DNA of 61,553 nt, the filler included, from Choristocarpus tenellus KU-1152 (lineage: Eukaryota; Protista; Phaeophyceae): NCBI GenBank assembly GCA_964200185.2. It is 11 parts of 11 records of this genome, joined end to end, with 100 filler letters (N's around TTAATTAATTAA, not from the genome) between each part and the next. Parts side by side here need not be neighbours in the genome. Positions count along the whole stretch, not along the records: positions 31,035 to 44,464 come from CAXNAD020001496.1; positions 44,565 to 47,156 come from CAXNAD020026471.1; positions 47,257 to 50,900 come from CAXNAD020018773.1; 8 more parts are not named here. The stretch is one strand, 5' to 3'. Positions 36,101 through 48,168 of this stretch are shown here, piece after piece. The translations under genes were made by a program, and so were the position numbers. Within the stretch, counting starts at the first letter, position 1; each line of letters opens with the position of its first letter. The notes under the pieces were generated by a model. It saw only the letters and a list, made by a program, of their open reading frames with translations. It was not told the DNA's origin and ran no database searches.

Positions 36101-39100
36101 TGGATAATTACTTTTTTATATTTTAACACCTACAGAAGGGATATATTAATAGGTAGACCCATATCGGAAAAAGAGGGAGTATATGTATCACCCACATACA
36201 GACAGTCAGCAGAAGACTTCTGAAATGCTCACACATAGATAGGTGTAGAGTGTCAAGCTGGATACCAAATCTTGAGGGCACAGTCCTCCAACCAATGGAT
36301 ACATCTCCAATAAGCTCTCCTGAAGTCATTCTAGGTGGTTCACTTGATGACTGTTGATGACTGGCGCCTGCGGCTCCTAAAGGTCGGTTGGCACAAGTCT
36401 GTTACATCTGTTATGTCTGTTATGTCTGTTACATTGGCACTACCAACACCACTAGTGCCTACCTTGGTGCTTTGTACAGGCCAGTGTTGCCTTCCCAATA
36501 CTTTGTACCACAAGAATAACATAGTACTTTTGGATTAGTAGTGGCCAGGTCAGATCCTACAATACCACCATCATCCTTACAACTAACTCACAACTGTGAA
36601 TGTCGTTTCTCACTGCCTTCTCTCTCCATCTCTCCCAAGCTATAGTAACACTAATAGCTATTATTCCTGTAACTCTAATGCTTGCTTTGCTTCTGTCCAT
36701 CAGTGTTCATGTTTTGTACAGAATTATTGGGCTGGTAGACATCGTAATATTAATCTTAATCTTATATACACATTTGTGGGATATCTCCTTGTTTGACACC
36801 ACAACTGACAAATGAAGTGTTTCTGTATTTAGCTGATTAAGAGCGTTCAAAGAGAGTTGGCCACCTTATTTTGAGAAATAGTATTATTGACACCAAGTAC
36901 ATTGACTCAACCTCCTGATAATAGTGTATTATTATAAAGCGAGCAAATTAACCAAGTTGATTGATCTAGATTGTCTTGAGTTTTATTTGTCTATTTCAAT
37001 AATCTCTGTTATGTTTATGATTTTGCTGTGTCAACTAGAATAGAAAAAGTGCTGTTCATCTTAACTTTCTCTCTACTTCCTACAAATCTTGCCCCCACCA
37101 TAACCAACCTACAACTTACCATTGAATTCTAAAATGTCAAAGATTCAATCTCACAATTCGCCAACAACTAGCAGCTAACTCTTTTGTATGGCTGAGTGCC
37201 ATCAGTAGCATCAAATGAATGTAATGACACAATACATTTTCAAGCTAAGGAGGCATGATGTGAACATCAATTAATCATCAATCTCTCAACAACCCCTTCC
37301 TCAGACTCATGCACCCTGTGGATATACTGCCTCCTGTGTTGTAGTTGTGAAATGTGTTACTATCTATTGTACAGGGGAATGAATGCTATATGGTATGATT
37401 ATTGGATCATATGTTAACTCTCACAATACGCCTCACCTCACCCCAAGCAAGAGAATGAAAGGATACAAGTTATTGTGTCAGCCCCCTGTTGTAATGGACT
37501 GAATAAAAAACAACTGCATTGAAACAGGGGGATTTGCACATTTGACAAGGGATAATAAATGCAATCTCAAGGCTGTAAACTACTGTTGGTCTACTCTAGT
37601 GAAGACCTCTTCTTACACTGCGCCTTGCTATTATCTTCTATGACAGTGGATTTTTTTGGTGTCTAATTGTCCAAGGTCAAGAATCACAAAATATTTCTAT
37701 TGCCTTGAATGGAACACTATGAAAACCTCACAATTATTGTAAATACAATTGTTGTGTGTACAGTAGTAGCTCAAGAGTCCACCATGTTACCATTTATTTT
37801 TCAGCAGTGTTAAACATGGTGACTCACCAAAGGTGAAAATCCTCTTCTTGTACATCCATGAACTTTGAACATGTCCTGCTCAATGCAAGTAAAGAAAACT
37901 AACTTGATGGACCTCTGTTGAGAGTAAGATCTGCCACTTTGAGGCTAATATGTTGATTGTACTGTAGTCATTTACCCCTAACCCTAAGTCAGAATGTGTA
38001 ACAATGCTTCTACATCATTCCCACCCGTGTCAAACCCCAAGCCATGCACTTAAGACATAGATCTTATCCCTGTCTGACACAACCAATGTTGTAAACATCT
38101 AGCATGACCCTGGTGTGAGATACTATCCTGAACTTTTACATCTTCAACTGGACATCATTCATTTCCTCAGTAAACAGGCCACTGCTGTGTTTTTGTACAG
38201 TTCAGCCTGTATGCCAAACCCAGAGCAACCTCTACTCTGTTGTGAAAATCACCTACCACTTCCCCCCCTTCCTTTGGCAGTACCTCCTTCAAGAATTTAG
38301 TGATCCCTCCCAAGTCCCACCTTGTGTCAATCTTTGCCATGATAAAAGCCCTGCCACCCACATACCCAACATCATTCCTGGTTGGCAGGATTTGTTCCTC
38401 CATGATACCCCCAGAGGTTTGGTCACTGTGTTCCAAAGATTGTGCAGACTTTGTCCATGTCTCATTCTTGACATTGCTTTTTTATTTAATGTTGATTCAA
38501 CACCAAAGTCATACCGTGCACCATTGTGTTATCCTTTGAAGGATATCTATTTAAAGTGAGTGTACCACATGACACCCCCCTAGGCATGATCCCAAACCCT
38601 TCCCAAGATGCTTGTTAGTATAATTCCTATTCCCAATATGATTCGACAGACCATTCATATGACCTCATGCAGGTGAGGTATCCATAGGCAAGTAGACACC
38701 GCCTTGTCAGTCTCAAGTCCCTCAATCACTGGAATTTCCTCTGGTGTAACCGCTGTCCAAGGATCCACCACCCACCCTCAATGGCACCACTACTAGTGTC
38801 TTGCTACTATTAAGAGTTCATAGAGCTGCACCTACCCAAATGCATGCACTTTAGCAGCGACTTCCTTCGGGGACAACTTCTTGGCTGGCCAGACTCTGCA
38901 GATAGGTGAACATCAAGGCTAGAGGGAGCATGGGTTGTGTTTTTTTCAGAGACTGTTTCAGTACTAAGTGATACTGAGCCCCCAATAATAGCATAGATGT
39001 CTTGGGGTGCACCGAGGCAACATTATCCTCCCCATGCCAAGAGGAAGACTGACTTCTCACACCAGAACACAGAATCTGATGGGAGTCACCTCCAGTGTCA

Positions 39101-40265
39101 TCACAACACAATACTGTTGTTGTTAATGCTGCTCTTATGGAGGTGTTGTGATCACTCCTTATCTACACTCAGCTTCCTCTTCTTGCTACTGGAATCACTC
39201 TAATAATTGGATTACTCCCTCCTCTCCCTCCTCTTATCACCGTAACATTTTGCTAGCCTGCTTGACATGCACTGTCACTCTTATACCCATTTGAGCTTGC
39301 CCCAATTATGCTATTGTACAAGCACCTTGCATCCGAATGTGCACTCATGAGCACATTATTTATCAACCTGGAGAAGCTTATGATCTTCCAGTGAGGAGGG
39401 ATGATCCCCAGGTTTGCATTTACTCTTGCCTTCTATGATGATGTTCCCCTTGTTGAGGTGCCCCGCCCCTACTCAGACGAGTGCATACCTTGTCCAATGT
39501 CAGTGAATCCAGGGAAAGATTGATGACAAGGTGGACCATGTAGACTATTAGTGCTGACCATTAATGCCCACCTTGAAGTGGATGATCACCTTGATGTGCT
39601 CATTCCCTGGTCACGAAATTTGGTTATCTCAATCTTCCCATCCTAGTGGTACCTTCCTGGTTGCACATGATCCAGGTTCAATGGGCTCTACTGCTACAAG
39701 GACACTCCACTCATTAAGCTTGTGATGCCTCCTTGTTAATGTTTTTACCATGGTAACTTTGGGTGATCTCTTGTCAAAAAGTAAAAAAAAATAGTGACTA
39801 AATAGTGAAAATACCTGCGGTGTATATGGGAGAAAGAAACTGGTGATACATTTATTCATGACACATCCCATAATCTATCTAAAGTAGTTACTGTACCTGG
39901 TGCTGATGTAGTGGACAAAATACTATTATTAGTTTTATGAGTAAATCGTTTGACCTACTTCCACTAACACTTGGGCTTTGTAGTTTGTGACCTGTGAAGG
40001 CTTTCCTTGACTTGGTATGGCAGTCAACTTGACTGACAGTAGTTCAAATGTTCACAGCAGTATTTTGAAGGTGCAATTTCAGAATATTGTGGGGTAATTT
40101 GTACACTTGATGCTTTTACCTATCTTCTTCTGTGTGCAGAATGGCCAGGTGCAGGGAACTGAAGGGGGTCCAATGAGCAGCCTTACTGACATAGAGGGGA
40201 AGGATGGCAAGGATCCAGGCAACATAAATGAAGACCATGAAGACAAGAAGCGAAGGAAAAACTGA
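33127..40265 (+). CDS. Small KIX-like domain protein (MED15/CBP KIX fold), 176 aa, 6 exons
   Basis: Exons 33127-33239, 33321-33407, 33540-33618, 33805-33866, 35054-35117 and 40140-40265 are all GT-AG, 531 nt in frame. Core EWQRWLTIEERQHIRQKIRQAY...AIEEEFLHISAPSRLDYFK follows the KIX pattern W...R..I..KI / IE.....A.S..DY. C-terminal KKRRK is NLS-like. Confidence 0.8.
36398..36435. repeat. 9-bp tandem repeat TCTGTTA(CA/TG) x4
   Basis: Direct reading. Confidence 0.85.
37780..39720 (-). pseudogene. Decayed Ty1/Copia pol inside the 5-kb last intron of the KIX gene
   Basis: Minus strand shows FGCKVLV...GKL (integrase C-terminal FGC..KL motif) upstream of GGITKFLKEVLPKE (cf. G.I.KFKARLVAKG), i.e. 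Copia INT-before-RT order, with many stops. Confidence 0.5.
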
Positions 40266-41509
40266 CTGTGTGCAGTACATTTGTCACATATGTTGTGTCT
40301 AGGGTCTGCTGTTTGTTTAGTAATTTGTCACTGAAAGCATGCGCAGGGTTGAGGAAGTTGGTTGTAATTTCCCTGCTGTAAAGTTAGATTCTTCCAGCGG
40401 CTTCTCCGCTTCAATGTTTTGTTTTTGATGGAGTACTTGTATTGTCTTCTCTGGTCTTATCACACCAAAATTGATACGGCTTCATGACTGATCCTTGTCC
40501 ATATCTGTTGATCCATTGCGTCATTTACCTGGGTGGTCATGAAATAGGTGCATTCCAGTATTCTCCTTAGTTGCGTTGATGTGGAGGAGACAGATGTTGT
40601 GCAATAGTACCATGGTTGTACTGAGGGCAAGAAAATTAAGCAAGGAACCACTGTGTTAGGTTATGAGGTGAGCAGTAGTGCCACCTATGAGTGTTCTTGT
40701 AACCTTCCTTACCTGATGCCTACATACATTTCACCAGCTGCTGTTTGAATACCAAAGAGATAAGTTCATGTGAAGTATAATATTTGTCAATCACTTCAAG
40801 CACGTAACATATGCAACACTACACTGCAGTGCTTGCTACTTTTGTACAGCGTATGAAGGTCGTTTTTGACACTATTCACACCAAACTTGAACATGATATG
40901 TTCTAGATTAGCTTGGTGCTGTTGAGAACACACCATGAATCCGGTGGAAGGTAAGGAAAGAAATGGACATATGGGGGGGGGGGGTTGAGGTGAATTACCA
41001 TTGTATGCCCTGTAGCCCCCTATGCACCTATGCAGAGATTATGGTCCAGCAGAATAGAGCACCTTGCAAGCAGTTTTTGTGCACAGTTGAAATAGGCTGT
41101 AAGATATGTTTGAAATGTCATTGGCCACTTGAAAATATGTTTGGATACTCTCCTCTCCCATTGGTACATGACCCTGAGAAGCAACCCAGTAAAGGAAAAG
41201 AAAAAATAGACTGTGAGGGAGTTTGTCTTGGTCTGTCACAAGAGAAGATCACCTCCATGCATGGGACTTGTGGGTCGTGCAAGGCCTTGTTTATTAGGCT
41301 TGTTGCATGGCATATATGTGGCCTTCTAGCATGTACTTACTCTTTAGTTGTGTTGGTATCCGATTTCTATCAATAGATAGGTAAGAAGATGCAGGGAATA
41401 GCATAGAGATACCCTACGGAGTATGTAACACAGAGATGCCTTCTGCCATTCACTCAGACATGCATCACACATTCTGTAGCTTCCTGGATCACTCATGCCA
41501 AAAGTGAAA

Positions 41510-41713
41510 GAGTCAAACCGAGAGATAGGGTTGCATTTTAAGGGTCCCAAGAAAGGGAAAAAGATGTCATTTTGTACAAATGCAGAAACAGCCTTTGCTG
41601 AGTGGTGGTGTCACTTTGTGTAGCGGGGAAATATCAATTTTCTTTGCACTATTGTGCACATGAAGTAATAGCTTAAGATGCAAAATAGTCCTTCCTCTCA
41701 ATTGGTTTCGCTC
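41510..41713 (+). mobile_element. MITE family C
   Basis: GAGTCAAACC...CAATTGGTTTCGCTC; TSD AAA. Shows the empty site (AGCCTTTGCTG) occupied by MITE A in the 43.3-kb copy. Confidence 0.75.
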
Positions 41714-42288
41714 AAATTATTCATTCTCATCCCCAACTTAGTCAAAGTAACGAATACTACAATATTCTGTTTCTGAAATCAGAGGGAGATACAGACAAGG
41801 GTTTTATGTCCTAAATTGTTTTCCCTCCAGGTAGGAAGGTGCATATCCTTTCCAACTGTTGGTGCAAAGAACTTCGGAGTTTGCTGGTGTTGGTAGAAGC
41901 AAACTCAGGTGCTCCACCATGGCCATACTTAGCTATTAATAGATCTGCACTTGTTCTACTTTATGTGACCTGTTGAGTTACAAAAAAAGTCAAATTGATA
42001 TCATCTCATAAAAATGTAGCTCATGTTGCTGTGACATTCATTGGCACTGCGTATCCCCCAAGTCCATGAGCCAAGCTAGTTCATATAGGCAGTCTACCAA
42101 GTAGTTAAGACACAGAACGGTATCCCTTAGTGACAATCAATTTACCAGGATCCATTTCCGATAGTGGTGTATGTAGTGAAGTATAGTGAAACCTAATGAA
42201 TTATCAGTATTGTGGGGAAGAAATTCAGTGGTTTAAATAAAGTTAGTTATTAGCCATAACGCGAACAAATGTATTGTGTTTTGTAGTA

Positions 42289-42451
42289 GACCCAAAGTAT
42301 CTGGGGGGGGGAACTACACCAGGGTGTCCATTTGTGTCAAAATCAGGAAAAGTGCATGTACATTATCCATCCGACGTATGCAACTAACTCACCCCAATAC
42401 CACGATATGAAAAAAATGACCCCAAATGGACAGCCGCAGATACTTTGAGCC
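42289..42451 (+). mobile_element. MITE family B, full copy
   Basis: GACCCAAAGTATCTG...CAGATACTTTGAGCC; 4-bp TSD AGTA. Confidence 0.92.
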
Positions 42452-43261
42452 AGTAACAAGGTAAGACCACAAACAAACAAGGGGGGAAATAGCAACACAA
42501 AACTATACAGCACATATTACACTGTTGCCCTTGCAAAGAGATGATGGGTGGTGTAGAATTGTATGGGAGCTTTTTCCCTCCTCCCTAGCGCTGCTATGGA
42601 TGGATTGCGAGAATTTAGAGCTCTTTTCAATTACAATTTTCACACGTTGGGATCCATAACATTCACCACATAAAATGGTGAATCCTCCTGATGTTAAAGT
42701 AACATAGGAAATGTTTTAATTGCTGATCTACAGAATTGCATGAAAGCGTGATTATGGAGATTAAGAACTACCCCCCCTAATGAACAGGAATCACTCTTCG
42801 CTGTAACTTAATGATGGATATTCTACTTCATCATCTCCTTCTTGGTGAAGCAGTACACTCTTGGCAGCGTGCGAACACTGCCACATCAAGATGAGCCTCA
42901 TTGCACTCGAAACAATAAGTGCAAACAGAGAGGCAAACCGTGCCATACTGCTTACGAGGATTGGTCGTTCAGGGTTAATATCAGACCAAGTCAAACATCT
43001 CTGATGGATGCTCACCTGCCCATTGCATGGCAGTAAGCGCAACCAAATGTAAGTCCTCCTGAACAACATCCCAGGGTAGCATTCTGGAACAATATTAATG
43101 CGCAGTTAACACCTAATATCAGTAGGTAGTTAGGTAGGCAGGTAGGTGTTTGAAATGAAAACAAAACTAGAGATGTTTGGCCTATGTGGAATTGGGTAGG
43201 CATCTTGTCATTGTTACACCCTGTACCACACGACCGTTAGGTGCGACATCTATTTACTATA

Positions 43262-43733
43262 GAGCTAAATCAACTTAGTGGTAGGCAGGGTTGCATTTTA
43301 AGAAGCCCGAGAAGGGTACAAAAGATGCATTTTGTACCATTGCAGAAAGAGCTTTTTGAGTCGAAGTATCATAGAGGGTAGAGCCGCGTCCGTTCGGAGG
43401 TCAAAATCCAATGCTGCGATTTTGATATAATTATTGCTATCGTGTTTTCTAGGAAGTGTCAATATCCTTGTTCCGGACATACACAAAATACCTACTCCAA
43501 AACATTTCGAGTAGGAAAACGTCATAAAAGGACCGTGGAAAGTCTCAAACAGACAAATAGGGCAAAACTCGTACCCTCTAAGATACTTTCACTCTTTGCT
43601 GAATTGTGATGTCACTTTGTGTGTGAAAAGGGGGAATATCAGTTTTGTGTTCACTATTTTGCACAGGGTAACAAAGATGGCTTGGAATCCCCAAAAGGGT
43701 TCAAACTTGCCTACCTCTCAATTCGATTGGCTC
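43262..43733 (+). mobile_element. MITE family C interrupted by family A
   Basis: GAGCTAAATCAAC..GGTAGGCA ... TGCCTACC..AATTCGATTGGCTC. Confidence 0.75.
43358..43594 (+). mobile_element. MITE family A nested in family C
   Basis: GAGTCGAAGTATC...GATACTTTCACTC; TSD TTT. Confidence 0.9.
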
Positions 43734-44295
43734 ATTTGTAGGAGGAGGCAGAGCAACAAGTGGTGGGATAACTGAACCCAATGTGAGAGCAGAATCAACA
43801 CAATATGCATGATGTAGCGCAATTAGCCATTGCGCAACTGTTACTATAGTTCATAGGTGTTGATGAGAGGTAGTGCGAGTGACTAGAGCAGTAGAAGTGC
43901 CTCTGACAACGTGTCAGGGTTAGGTAGGGTTGATGTAGTGGTTCCTAGTCACAAACGAAAGTGAGACTTTCAATAAAAGATATTATGAAGAAATAGAATT
44001 AGATACTGCGGCTGCTGGATGCCTGTAGAAATCTCATGGCAAAAGATTTTACTCCACGTAACTCTAGAACTGTAGCAATAGTGACAATAGACTTGTCATT
44101 ACTGGCCCAACTATTTGCCCTCATTTAAAGCGGTATCATGCATCAGCAATAATGTAGGTTGAAAACATACATATATCATGTGCCTTCACTTACTTGCCTT
44201 CCACAGGAACAATCTTTGGAATATATGCATACCATGTTCACCTCCTGGCAATACATCGTGGTAGTAGGTAGTTGAGGAGACAAGGAGTTGTGTAT

Positions 44296-44464
44296 GGTCC
44301 AAAGTATTTGGGGGTGAGGGGACGGTCCACACCAGGGTGTCCATTTGGACCAAAATTAGGAAAAGTGCATTTGCATTTTCCATCCAGCGTATGCAACCAA
44401 ATCACCCAAAAATCGCAACATGGGAAAAAAATGACTCCAAACGGACAGCCGCCCCCCCCCCCCC
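44296..44464 (+). mobile_element. MITE family B, cut at poly-C by contig end
   Basis: Matches 42289-42451. Confidence 0.85.
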
Positions 44465-44639
44465 NNNNNNNNNNNNNNNNNNNNNNNNNNNNNNNNNNNN
44501 NNNNNNNNTTAATTAATTAANNNNNNNNNNNNNNNNNNNNNNNNNNNNNNNNNNNNNNNNNNNNATACTAACCAAACGAAGAAAAAACAAAACACCCCAA
44601 AAACAAAAAAAAAAAAAAAAAACCCCAACACACACCCCC

Positions 44640-44835
44640 CCCCCCCCCCCCCCCCCCCTAGATACTTTGACCCCAATATCCTTGTTCCCGACACTTATTT
44701 ATAATGTACACATATACACATATTATCTACTCCCAAACATTTCGGAGTAGGAAAATGTAATATAAAAACCCGTGAAAGTCAAACCCTAAACGGAAAAACA
44801 GGGTAAAGCTCGTGCCCTCCAAGATACCTTCACTC
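44640..44835 (+). mobile_element. B' right end (to 44673) inserted in a family A copy whose 3' part runs 44674-44835
   Basis: (C)nTAGATACTTTGACCC is directly followed by CAATATCCTTGTTCC...AAGATACCTTCACTC. Confidence 0.8.
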
Positions 44836-45249
44836 AATAAGCTTTAGTGAGTATTGGGTAAGCTATAGACCTCTACTCTAGGGTTGTAATTGGTGTGGTC
44901 CTATTAATATCATAGTACAGTAATGTGTGTCTATATCAGCAAAGCTAGGATTTTGAATTAGTTTAACAATAATATTTTCTCATAGAAACCACCACTACGT
45001 AGGGATTTGTGCTCTGGAGTAGTTCTCCCAGTCGCTTCCCTACTGTTCTTGTCGGAAAATAATAGAGTGTAGAGGTAAGAGCGTGACGCACCCAATGAAT
45101 TCCAGCCAAACTCCATACCACACCGATTTGTGCCAGGGTTTGAACCTCAACTTCTCGTTGGGTATCTTTAACAGTAATATTAAAGTAATGATTTTGTAAT
45201 CCAAGGGATGAAAGTTATTGCTTTCGTACACAATGGATACTGGATTGCA

Positions 45250-46560
45250 TCCAAAATAGTATGTGAACACACATTCTGATGAAAGCCTTTTTGTCAGGGG
45301 TCAACCAACATCCGCCATATACTAAAGTGTAGTTCACAATTATTCACTTGCTTGCAAATAGCAAACTGTGCGATTAGTTTGAGTCAGAGTATCTTAGAGG
45401 GTAGGGTCGCGTCCGTTTGCGGACCAAAATCTAATGTTGCGATTTTGATGTCATTTTGGCTATCGTGTTAGTTAGGAAGTGTCAATATCATTGTTCCCGA
45501 CACACCTTTTCATAATGTATGCATTTTTCCTACTCTGAAATGTTTCGGAGTAGGAAAAATGTCATTAAAAAAAAGGCAAGCCCAGCCCCAAACGGACGAA
45601 CAGGGCAAAACTCATACCCTCTAAGATACTTTCACTCATTGTTCTAACCAAGCAAGAGTGTCATTGATCGTATTAACCATCTTCTGACAAGGATTGGGAA
45701 TCAAACTTGAAGGAGAGATTTCAGAGTATTTCATAATCACAGAGTTGGGGGTTGCAGGCAGTTTCAGTACAAGAACAATAGACAAGATGCAAGCTACTCA
45801 AAGTTCCTAGGTAATTCATTGCAGCGCTACTGCAGTTAATGATTGAAAGGATAGGTAAATGAGAGGCTCACCGTTGGGTCCTCCATGACGTCATTGATCT
45901 GGACAAGGGATATGTCTCCATTGATAGGCCAGGGTTGGGTATCATTTTGTGGTAACAGCTTTACGAAAGCCTGAGAATTTGGGTGGATGTGGTTGGGGTG
46001 TACCTTGTGGAAAGTCGAGATCATGCCCCAAGGAAGGAATTTCTGGGTTGGGAAGGAGGAAAGAGCGTTCTTTGGACAACTCAGCAAATCTCAGCCTGTA
46101 CTTGAGGGCTCATTGCCACCAAAGCGGAGCAAGACCATTCTCAACATTTCACATCTACATCTGGCAATTCAAGTCATATTCTGACTTCCCAGCGTCAAAA
46201 AGACATACTTGGTCATTAGATACCAAGAATAATATAGTGGTCCAGAATAGGGTATTTCAAGTCGGGACAACAGGGGTTCAGTAGAGAAGTTGGGAGGGGG
46301 GAGAATGGGGGAAAAGAACCATATCAAAAAGGAGAACAGTCGAGCAGACTGCACCTGTCGCCTCCAACAAAAAATACAGCAACAAAGAAAAGAGGGGGAG
46401 AATGAGGCACATGGAGGGAAATAAATTTTGATTGATATGGAGGTCCTGGGTAATGCAGGTCAATGATACCCTTCATCAATTCGCCACATTGTGTGTGCTG
46501 GGTGCCTATTGCCCCGTAGACCTCTACCATCATTGAGTCTCAAAGTAGTAACAGAATCCG
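45250..46560 (-). pseudogene. Decayed Ty1/Copia RT-RNaseH remnant
   Basis: Minus strand shows, in order, GKSEYDLN (cf. KSLYGLK), FDSQS (cf. CDNQS) and MADVG*PLTKRL (cf. ADILTKPL). Confidence 0.4.
45381..45637 (+). mobile_element. MITE family A, full copy
   Basis: GAGTCAGAGTATCTTAGAGGGTA...TACCCTCTAAGATACTTTCACTC; flanks TTT/ATT (imperfect). Confidence 0.9.
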
Positions 46561-47006
46561 TGAACACACCCTGTTCCATGCATTGGCGGGCTCACTCGCT
46601 TAGTATTCAAGGTGGGTGTTGTACTCTTTGCTCTCACCTTCTACTTAAATTGCTGGACAGATAAACATGCGGTGCTACAGCGCTTATTTTCCTATTACGT
46701 TTTTAAGCATTGCATTAATCATTACCTACCTGGAGACCATTACCCTGAGGAACCTTCATAGAGACTTCTATCCTTCCGAAGGTGAAATAGAAGTTGTCTT
46801 TGGTTGACACCCGTCCTGCACAATGGTGGAAGGAATAATGAAGTGTGTGAAGGAATCAAGACTACCTTGATGTGTGTGAGACGAGGGGGGCTTTCAGAGA
46901 GGAACAAAGGTATTGGCTGAATGTATTCCTTTCATTCCTCCTTGTTATATGCCATAGCTCTGGGGCAAGTCAATGCGTCACATATTTGTCCTAAAAAAGA
47001 CGGGTA

Positions 47007-47156
47007 GACCCAAGGTATCTGGGAGGGGAAGGAGGTCTACACCAAGGTGTCCATTTGACCCCAAATCAGGAAACGTGCACTTACATTATCCATCCGACGT
47101 ATGCAACCAAATCACCCAAAAATGGCGGCATGAAAAAATTGACCCCAAATGGACAG
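47007..47156 (+). mobile_element. MITE family B, cut by contig end
   Basis: GACCCAAGGTATCTGGG...GACCCCAAATGGACAG. Confidence 0.85.
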
Positions 47157-48168
47157 NNNNNNNNNNNNNNNNNNNNNNNNNNNNNNNNNNNNNNNNNNNN
47201 TTAATTAATTAANNNNNNNNNNNNNNNNNNNNNNNNNNNNNNNNNNNNNNNNNNNNCTTGCCCGGCGATTCTCTTCGCCACCCTTGTCTGAGTGAACCAC
47301 GCCGCCACAGAATCACACGATTCACATATATGACATTTTATTTCCTTAGGGCTTTCGCTGACATGTGAATAGTTCTCATTGATTTCCCCCTATCACATCT
47401 CCAAAATGTCAGAGGGCATAATAATAAAAGTACTTCTCACCAGAAAGAAGTAGTTACTAATACCAAGTAGATTGATCCAAGAGAAGTTACTCCTCCCTGT
47501 CGACATCCCGCAAAGTAACGCCAATGACCTGGTCATGACATATCAGACTGGCACATTGTTTTACATCATATCGAAATTTGAATAAATGCGTTATTTTGAT
47601 GGAATCTAATATCCTTGTCCACACTTCTATCAATACTTGTCTTTCTTGTTCCCTCTATCACAACATATCATATAACGTAACAACCTTTCCAGAGCTCCAT
47701 ACCTCTCATCACATGAAAAATCTTATGTCCAAGAAGAACAGATGAATGCCATTGCACTCCCCCGAAAACCAACATAACTTTATATCTATACACACCATAT
47801 CCTCCCGACATTTAAAAATAAATGCCGAAGCAACATTTTTCCAGCCCCCTCTGCGTCTCAACCTGTTGCAGCCAGTCAGGGACAAAACATGGCGTCGAAT
47901 TACCTCGACCATAGTCTGCCTCCTCCCCTATGGATGGATAGCATGACAGGGAAAACCACACTCAGAACAAATCGGGTACAGTTTCAGTGAAGTCAGTTCC
48001 CAACTCCCCCCCGTTATTAGTATGTCCAAAAAATAGTATCTCAAGTCGTCCTGTTGTCCTTTTCTTGTGTTCCTTCAGTCCTGACCCAGTTAACCTAACA
48101 TCGGTGCAGTACTGTCACAACCTTGCAAGTCGTATGGAACCTAGCTAGTGCACAGCTGCAATAATAAC

